This document shows, piece after piece, positions 57,811 to 64,000 of a stretch of 64,000 nucleotides of DNA. A program made the position numbers and the translations under genes. The DNA lies in IMG/VR virus record IMGVR_UViG_3300020190_000010, positions 73,493-137,492 of that record; one strand, written 5' to 3'. The notes beneath the pieces are model-generated. The model ran no database searches, was not told the DNA's origin, and worked only from the letters and a program-made list of their open reading frames with translations. Positions within the stretch are counted from its first letter, which is position 1. Each line of letters begins with the position of its first letter. The DNA is from a virus.

Positions 57811-57996
57811 ATGGCCAAGCAAGAAATCTATGCCCAACTAACAAACTTATTCAATGAGTTTACAGTTGCACATAATTCAACAAAAAAGAAAGATGCTGCT
57901 ATTGCTCGTAAGGCGGCAAGTGCAATTAAGAAATTGATTACACCGTATAATCAAGCATCTGTTGCCGAAGCAAAAGCTGCTAAATTATCTAATTAA
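57811..57996 (+). CDS. Histone H1-like (Hc1-type) small basic protein
   Basis: AGGAGG SD; ..K..A..ARKA...IKKL...Y..ASV pattern recalled from Bacteroidota Hc1-like proteins. Confidence 0.6.
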   Translation: MAKQEIYAQLTNLFNEFTVAHNSTKKKDAAIARKAASAIKKLITPYNQASVAEAKAAKLSN

Positions 57997-58026
57997 CTTT
58001 TTTATTTTTAATTTTTCGAGGTTATT

Positions 58027-58422
58027 ATGGTAACGCTAAATTCTATTCTTCGTAGAGACAATTTATGGGATGACGTTGTAAATCAGTTGTCAAAAACACA
58101 TCTTGATTTACCTCGTTTTAATACTCGAACATTAGTTCAAGACGCGGATGGAGTTCGTAACATTTATGCAGAAGTTCCTGGTTGTGCAAAAGAGGATATT
58201 AACATTACGGTAAAAAACAATATCCTTAATGTAACAGGTCACAGAAAGGTTACAAACATCTTTGGTGAAAAAACAATTGAATTGAGATTTGAATTACCAA
58301 ACGGTAAAATCAAATATGATTTGAAAGGAATTACTGCTAGTGTTGAGAACGGTATTATTCATATTTCAGTTCCGTATGAAAAACCAACGGAACCCGAAGA
58401 AATAACAATCAAAGTAAAATAA
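58027..58422 (+). CDS. Small heat-shock protein (Hsp20)
   Basis: AEVPG..KEDI.I.V....L.V.G, F.LP, I.A.VENGII.I.VP. Confidence 0.85.
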   Translation: MVTLNSILRRDNLWDDVVNQLSKTHLDLPRFNTRTLVQDADGVRNIYAEVPGCAKEDINITVKNNILNVTGHRKVTNIFGEKTIELRFELPNGKIKYDLKGITASVENGIIHISVPYEKPTEPEEITIKVK

Positions 58423-58439
58423 GATTAGATGTTAAGTTT

Positions 58440-58470
58440 AGGGTGGTGGAAACATCACCCTTTTTTATTT
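58440..58470 (+). terminator. Intrinsic terminator with GAAA tetraloop
   Basis: AGGGTGGTG-GAAA-CATCACCCT plus T run. Confidence 0.85.
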
Positions 58471-58531
58471 ATCCCATATTTATAGTTACAGAAGTATTTT
58501 TCACACAAAGGCAACTACATGGGATGGCGTA

Positions 58532-58735
58532 ATGTCAAAAAGAAACTCCAAACAATTAAAAGATGTGTTGGCAAAAATATGTTTAGTGCTTGGGACATTT
58601 TTCAATCCTCTTGGGTTCGATGCGGCCTTTGCTTTAGTAACAAAACTTACCGAGAGTTACATCGTTACCGATATTATATTCTATTCGGTAGCGCTGTTAT
58701 TTTTTGGACTTTATTTTTTATTATCTCGTAAATAA
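58532..58735 (+). CDS. Small two-TM membrane protein
   Basis: Two hydrophobic segments around FFNPLGFD. Confidence 0.6.
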   Translation: MSKRNSKQLKDVLAKICLVLGTFFNPLGFDAAFALVTKLTESYIVTDIIFYSVALLFFGLYFLLSRK

Positions 58736-58750
58736 ACATTGGAGTTTGCA

Positions 58751-59077
58751 ATGAAATCTTTGAAATTAAAAAGTCTTTTGATAAAAGAAGAAGATGAAGG
58801 ACTTGGACAAAAAGTAAAAACTGCTATAAATAAAATTGAAAAGGCAGTTGAAGAAAAGGATGATGATACACAGGCACTAATTGAACTTGCAAAATTAGTT
58901 GGTGAAAAGAAGTGTGTTACTAAATTGGAAGCAATAAAAGAAATTGAAAAGGCAGAAGAAGGAACACCATATTTCATTGGTCAATATAAGAAAGAAGTTG
59001 AAAAATGTATTATGGATATTGTTAGAGAAAAGTTTGAAGCAAAAGAATATGGTGCAGTAATTAGTTCTATGGGATAA
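58751..59077 (+). CDS. Hypothetical protein with KLKSLLIKE leader
   Basis: GGAG SD before ATG 58751. Confidence 0.6.
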   Translation: MKSLKLKSLLIKEEDEGLGQKVKTAINKIEKAVEEKDDDTQALIELAKLVGEKKCVTKLEAIKEIEKAEEGTPYFIGQYKKEVEKCIMDIVREKFEAKEYGAVISSMG

Positions 59078-59085
59078 GGTGATAA

Positions 59086-61851
59086 ATGTCTCGTTACAAG
59101 GTTACATACGCTAATGGTAAAGTAGTAGAAGAAGAAATTTTGCCACTAAATTCAGATGGAAGACCAATATACAATGGTGTTCCTTATGGAGAATTTGGAA
59201 CAACACCAAGTGGATTGAATGCAGATTTATCACCTGCATATCCATTGGGGTATAAAGATGCCGATGGTAAATGGAAACCTATACCTAAATGTGATATAGT
59301 TCCATTCAAACAAGTTGATAGAATATACAAACAAAGTTCACCCGGTGGACGACCAGTTCATCTTTACAAATATAGATTGCCGGTTTATTATAGGAAAAGT
59401 GATTTAAGTCTTCGGGGTATCGGTGGGTTTACTTTAGCAACTGATTATACAGTTTCTACTGCAAAAATAACATTATTCAAAATAATTGACTTAAAAAGAA
59501 ATATTACTCTAATAGAAGATTTCCATTATGTAATTCTCGGAAATGGATGGGTTTGGTTTACAGGTTCATTGCCGTATACTAATTTGAAATTAGTTATTGG
59601 TTGGTATGATGCCATCGATAACAAAAATAATACATCAGAATTAGAAGTTTCTGCAGTATTTGACGCATCAACAAACTATGGAGATGCATCCATTTTTGGT
59701 GAAAAAAGAAATGAAATTTATACGGTTCAACAATTAGAAAAATCAACAATTTTTTCTGAAAACTTAAAAATAGTTAGTGGTTTTAATTCAACACCAACAA
59801 TTCAGGCAGTTAAACAATTAAACCCATTGGGTCCTTGGAGAGAGCCGGTTATTTATTCTATAAATGATGGGGAGTGTTATGTTGAAGTAGATATTGACGG
59901 TTCAAAAGTATATTACGATTCAAATATGGTAGTTACAACCGCAGCAAAAATACTCGAAAATAGTATAATAGCACAAAAATATAATTTGGGAATATACCTT
60001 GATAATGATTATATTCAGAAAGAATTTGAAACTGGTCTAGTATTAAATGGTAAACGAGCAAAAGGATTGTTCCAATCTATTGCACCTGATGAAGCAACAT
60101 TGAACTATAATATAAAAATAGCATTTGGTTTACCAGATGGTCTTTATATGCCGTATGGTATTGATAAGATTTCAGTTAAATATAAAGGACTTAGATCAAG
60201 AGTGTATCAACTTTGGACTGCAGATGATGTTGAATTACCAGTTGGTTATAGATTTTTCCTTGATAGTAGGAAACGGGAAAAAGTTCCATACAGAGAATGT
60301 TATTCTGGATTAAGAACTGAATATGTGGTGAAAGAAGAATATGAAGTAAAGTATGAAAGAATACAACCGTGTTATGGATCTGATAGTGCAAATCCACCAG
60401 TATTGCAGTATTCATCCAGTATAGACTACCGAGAAAATGTTTTTGTTGATTGGGAAGACCAAGTATTGAATAGGGATATTGAAGGGTGTGGGTGTCTTGA
60501 AGTTGAATTTGTAGAAGAACCCGTAGAAGTAAATGAGTTGGGGTGTGGGTGTAAATCAATAACAACTGGAAAGTATTATTTAGTTTGTCCAGATCAAATT
60601 TCTGCCGATGATTTTAGAATATACGCATCAGGAGATAGAGGAGACGGAACAACATCTATAATCAGAAAAGATTTATTAGATAAATACGAATTATATCCCT
60701 ATTTTATACGTGATAAAAAAATAGAAAAGTGTAAACCTTCATTAAAAATAGATGAAAGAAAGAGTTTAATATATCACACAATTCCAACTAGCAGTATAAT
60801 AACTGGAAACATACAAACTCAAATTCATGGTTTATTTAATGCATCAGAATCAATAGATTGTTATACAACATCTTCAACTGCAACTGCTTCAAATGCATAT
60901 TTCTATGATGTATATGGTTGTAATGAATGTGATCAAAAACCATATTTTACTGTAACATACGGAAACAGTAATGGATCGGGATCAACATATACAGAAGATA
61001 CACCATTTGATACACCATCAAAGGCAATATACTCACAGTATAGATTATCCACATTGGATTTACCTGAAACAAATTTTACATTTTACAATACTGGATCATT
61101 GGAAACACCGGATGATGTTTATGTGATAAATTTTTATAGAAAATCAATTGGTGATAAATTAGACATTGGTAACTTTGAAATAAATCTTGCTGAGTTGAGT
61201 GGAAGTGGTATTGCTAATAATCTTCATACCGGAAGTAATGTTAAAGTGTCCGGTTCAAATCCAAAAGTAATAACCCTCATAGATAATTCATCGTATACAG
61301 ATTTCAATTATTGCAACGAAAATCCGTATGCATCGTATGATGTTGTTAGTGGAAGTTTAGAATTGGGAATACATGATAGTGCAACCGGAAGTATATCAAC
61401 AAATCCAAACATAACTACATACGGAAAAGTATATCCTGCTCTTGGCGTTATAGTTTTGAGTGCAAATCGATTAAATAATGAATTGTCATTTAATACTGTA
61501 ACCGGTAGTAATATAAATGGTGATAATTCATTCAAGTTGTATACATCAATAAGTGGAGCTGCTGCTACTGGAAATTCAATGAAGGCAAGACGTGAGAAGA
61601 ATTTTGGTGTAAAACATTATTTTATACATATACCGCACGATGAAGCAAATTATACAAACAATCCTTCTTATGCCTCTGGATCACAATATAAATTGAAATA
61701 TAATTGTATGTCAGAACAGCCACTTTCTTACATAACATCAATCGGTTTGTATAATGATGAATACGAATTACTTGCAATTGCAAAAATGAGTAGTCCTGTT
61801 CGGAAATCATTTGATGATGATTTATTGATTAGAATAAAGTTGGCAAGATAA
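59086..61851 (+). CDS. Large virion structural protein (tail/baseplate-associated)
   Basis: C-terminal PSKAIYSQYR, YGKVYP.LGVIVL, N.TNNPSY, YITSIGLYND..ELLAIAKMS.P..K. Confidence 0.6.
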   Translation: MSRYKVTYANGKVVEEEILPLNSDGRPIYNGVPYGEFGTTPSGLNADLSPAYPLGYKDADGKWKPIPKCDIVPFKQVDRIYKQSSPGGRPVHLYKYRLPVYYRKSDLSLRGIGGFTLATDYTVSTAKITLFKIIDLKRNITLIEDFHYVILGNGWVWFTGSLPYTNLKLVIGWYDAIDNKNNTSELEVSAVFDASTNYGDASIFGEKRNEIYTVQQLEKSTIFSENLKIVSGFNSTPTIQAVKQLNPLGPWREPVIYSINDGECYVEVDIDGSKVYYDSNMVVTTAAKILENSIIAQKYNLGIYLDNDYIQKEFETGLVLNGKRAKGLFQSIAPDEATLNYNIKIAFGLPDGLYMPYGIDKISVKYKGLRSRVYQLWTADDVELPVGYRFFLDSRKREKVPYRECYSGLRTEYVVKEEYEVKYERIQPCYGSDSANPPVLQYSSSIDYRENVFVDWEDQVLNRDIEGCGCLEVEFVEEPVEVNELGCGCKSITTGKYYLVCPDQISADDFRIYASGDRGDGTTSIIRKDLLDKYELYPYFIRDKKIEKCKPSLKIDERKSLIYHTIPTSSIITGNIQTQIHGLFNASESIDCYTTSSTATASNAYFYDVYGCNECDQKPYFTVTYGNSNGSGSTYTEDTPFDTPSKAIYSQYRLSTLDLPETNFTFYNTGSLETPDDVYVINFYRKSIGDKLDIGNFEINLAELSGSGIANNLHTGSNVKVSGSNPKVITLIDNSSYTDFNYCNENPYASYDVVSGSLELGIHDSATGSISTNPNITTYGKVYPALGVIVLSANRLNNELSFNTVTGSNINGDNSFKLYTSISGAAATGNSMKARREKNFGVKHYFIHIPHDEANYTNNPSYASGSQYKLKYNCMSEQPLSYITSIGLYNDEYELLAIAKMSSPVRKSFDDDLLIRIKLAR

Positions 61852-61857
61852 TTTTTG

Positions 61858-61889
61858 CTTGTTTTGTATTAAAAAAAATTGTATATTTG
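61858..61889 (+). promoter_or_regulatory. Bacteroidota-type promoter for trx-PLP-dut
   Basis: CTTG 61858-61861, 20 nt, TATATTTG 61882-61889. Confidence 0.6.
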
Positions 61890-61922
61890 GTTGTTCATTC
61901 ATTAACAATAAATTAACAGATT

Positions 61923-62180
61923 ATGATCACAATTAAACATTTCACTGCAACATGGTGCCAACCATGTAAACATTTAACGCCCGTAATTGATCAATTACGA
62001 AGTGAGAACCCAACGGTTGGTTATCAAAAAATTGATATTGATAACAATCCAGATGTAGCACAACAATACGGTGTTCGTGCCGTTCCAACTATCATATTTG
62101 AAAAAAATGGTAGAATAGTTCAACAAGTCATTGGTGTTCAGCCAAAATCTTATTATCAATCAATTATCACATCGGTTTAA
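61923..62180 (+). CDS. trxA: Thioredoxin
   Basis: FTATWCQPCK, IDID, YGVRAVPT. Confidence 0.92.
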   Translation: MITIKHFTATWCQPCKHLTPVIDQLRSENPTVGYQKIDIDNNPDVAQQYGVRAVPTIIFEKNGRIVQQVIGVQPKSYYQSIITSV

Positions 62181-62188
62181 GGTGAAAA

Positions 62189-62938
62189 ATGTCAGACTTC
62201 TTTCAATATCCCACGAAAGATGTCACTATAACTTTACCCGAAATTGTTATCGAAAAACACGAAAACATTTGGGTGGTTCGTGATGATTTGCTTCCAGGTG
62301 GAACAAAAAGACGTTTCCTTTATCGTTATCTTCAATCACAATCCCATGTTCGTGAATGGGTATATGCTTCTCCAAGAGTTGGCTATGCTCAAGTAGCACT
62401 TGCTTATGCTTGTAAAGATTTAGGTTTGAAGGCAACCGTTGTTATTCCGAAAGGAAAACATTTACCGCTAACAACAGAAGCACTATCTATTGGTGCAAAC
62501 ATTATAGAGGTTCCTATGGGATTTCTCACTCATATTCAGCATGTTGCTAAAAAGTATGCACTTGAAACACCTGATACACAATTATTACCATTCGGTCTTG
62601 ACCATCCGGTTGTTATTGATGAAGTTGCCAGAATTGCCAACCAGTTGCCAATCAAACCAAAAGAAGTTTGGTCTTGTATAAGTTCAGGAGTTCTTTCAAG
62701 GGGATTACAGAGAGCATGGCCAGATGCGAAAGTATATGGTGTTAGAGTTGGCCATAATACAACAGACAGAGAGAGGGGTAGGGCAGAAGTATTCATATCA
62801 AAGTATAAATTTGAACAAAAATGTAAACCCGCAGAGAAACCACCGTTTCCTTCTTCGGATTACTATGACTCAAAAGTTTGGTCATTTATTAAAGAACACG
62901 CATCGGAAGATGCATTATTTTGGAATGTAGGAGGTTAA
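62189..62938 (+). CDS. PLP-dependent enzyme, fold type II (ACC deaminase/D-Cys desulfhydrase-like)
   Basis: VVRDDLLPGGTKRR (PLP Lys), ALAYACK.LG, SSG, YD.K, LFWNVG. Confidence 0.75.
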   Translation: MSDFFQYPTKDVTITLPEIVIEKHENIWVVRDDLLPGGTKRRFLYRYLQSQSHVREWVYASPRVGYAQVALAYACKDLGLKATVVIPKGKHLPLTTEALSIGANIIEVPMGFLTHIQHVAKKYALETPDTQLLPFGLDHPVVIDEVARIANQLPIKPKEVWSCISSGVLSRGLQRAWPDAKVYGVRVGHNTTDRERGRAEVFISKYKFEQKCKPAEKPPFPSSDYYDSKVWSFIKEHASEDALFWNVGG

Positions 62939-62939
62939 A

Positions 62940-63434
62940 ATGGATTGGCATACATCAAATCCGAATGTAACGGTAAACTATAAAAATGATTTTGATCTAA
63001 CGGTAAAATTTCGTAAATTAGTTCCAGAAGCAGTAACACCACAATATGCTCAAGACGGTGACGCTGGTATGGATTTAACTTCAACATCGTTTAGAAGAAC
63101 AGACACATTTATGGAATACGGAACAGGAATTGCTGTAGAAATTCCAAGTAGTCATGTTGGATTACTTTTCCCAAGAAGTTCAATAACAAAAGCACCAAAA
63201 GGAGTTTCACTAAAAAATTCAGTTGGCGTCATTGACTCAAATTATCGTGGTGAGATTTTAGTTAGATTTGAATTTCCATATTCAAATTATCATAGAGCTG
63301 AAATGCCAGACATTGGTGATAAGATTGCTCAATTGATAATCATTCCATATCCAAAGGTTCACTTGGAAGAAGTGCAAGAATTGTCCGATAGTAACAGAGG
63401 CGATGGTGGTTTCGGTTCAACAGATAAGAAATAA
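62940..63434 (+). CDS. dut: Trimeric dUTPase
   Basis: AGMDL, PRSS, GVIDSNYRGEI, IAQL, RGDGGFGST. Confidence 0.95.
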   Translation: MDWHTSNPNVTVNYKNDFDLTVKFRKLVPEAVTPQYAQDGDAGMDLTSTSFRRTDTFMEYGTGIAVEIPSSHVGLLFPRSSITKAPKGVSLKNSVGVIDSNYRGEILVRFEFPYSNYHRAEMPDIGDKIAQLIIIPYPKVHLEEVQELSDSNRGDGGFGSTDKK

Positions 63435-63477
63435 TTTTGATATTTATTGTAAACAGTTTACATAACAGAGAGAAACA

Positions 63478-64000
63478 ATGGCAAAGTTAAAACATTTATT
63501 ACCAGATAAACAATTAAACGAGAGTGGACTTGCTCGTTTGTCAAAACATATGGAAGAACATGATTGTGGCACAATAACTGCATTTCGTTCCAAAGAAGGT
63601 TGTGCTACAGCTGAAGATAAACCATATTCAAAAGGTGACAATCAAAAAAGAAACAGACAATTATATGCCAATCTTCAAATGATGGGTTACGGTGTTACTG
63701 CAGTTCAAGGTGCTTATATTGAAAACTACGGAACACCTGATGCAAAAGAAGTTAAAGAAAATGTTTACTTTGTTGTTGATTTGAAAGACAAAGGAAAATT
63801 GCGAGAAGACTTGATAAATCTTGGCAGTAAGTATCAACAGGATTCTATTCTCTATATTCCAAAAGACGGCGATGGTTCTACACTAATTGGAACAAGTGAT
63901 TGTGAAAGTTCGTATCCTGGTTTTGGTAAAGAAGTTAAGTTCAAAGATAGAAAGATGGGGCAAGGTGGTGAGTTTATGACAAAGGTTAGTGGTAGACCAT
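63478..64000 (+). CDS. Hypothetical protein, 3'-truncated (absent from the ORF track)
   Basis: MAKLKHLLPDKQLNESGLARL...ITAFR...N..RN..L...L...GY....V.G.Y.E...E...FV...KYQQDSIL; open to the window end. Confidence 0.75.
   Translation, partial: MAKLKHLLPDKQLNESGLARLSKHMEEHDCGTITAFRSKEGCATAEDKPYSKGDNQKRNRQLYANLQMMGYGVTAVQGAYIENYGTPDAKEVKENVYFVVDLKDKGKLREDLINLGSKYQQDSILYIPKDGDGSTLIGTSDCESSYPGFGKEVKFKDRKMGQGGEFMTKVSGRP

Noticed and set aside
4615-63641. Minus-strand and alternate-frame ORFs in the ORF track (e.g. 6845-7225, 20773-21333, 33759-34352)
   Set aside because: They are shadows of strong + strand genes, with no motifs or SDs.
1-64000. Genome-wide stop-codon reassignment
   Set aside because: Core genes are full length in code 11, and TAA, TAG (e.g. 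26597, 54491) and TGA (e.g. 8601, 52106) all end genes at sensible positions.
1-64000. tRNA or rRNA genes
   Set aside because: Intergenic gaps are short and AT-rich, and no cloverleaf was seen by eye; tRNAscan-SE would confirm.

Overview
This 64 kb AT-rich window comes from a large T4-superfamily myovirus (Far-T4/RM378-like organisation). All credible genes are on the + strand and use the standard code. In order it carries: an RCC1-repeat protein with two glycosyltransferases and a tail-fibre chaperone; candidate lysis genes; terminase, portal, prohead protease, ribosomal protein bS21, an ADP-ribosyltransferase, scaffold and major capsid protein; PhoH; neck, sheath, tube, chaperone, tape measure and baseplate genes; then a replication/nucleotide block (compact PolA, SSB, RecA, 5'-3' exonuclease, helicase, class II RNR, thioredoxin, PLP enzyme, dUTPase). 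Bacteroidota-type promoters (TTG-N20-TAnnTTTG) and an Hc1-like protein suggest a Bacteroidota-related host. Main leads: (1) a phage bS21 that appears to lack the anti-SD-sequestering Tyr, in a genome whose genes mostly carry Shine-Dalgarno sites; (2) a set of enzymes with a shared N-terminal 'KLxxLLxE' tag, probably capsid-packaged injected effectors; (3) an ATATTTAT late-promoter motif in about 20 intergenic regions, several fused with hairpins; (4) a +1/-2 frameshift in the tail chaperone gene; (5) a gene enclosed by a perfect 16-bp inverted repeat. All calls come from reading motifs by eye; no database searches were run.
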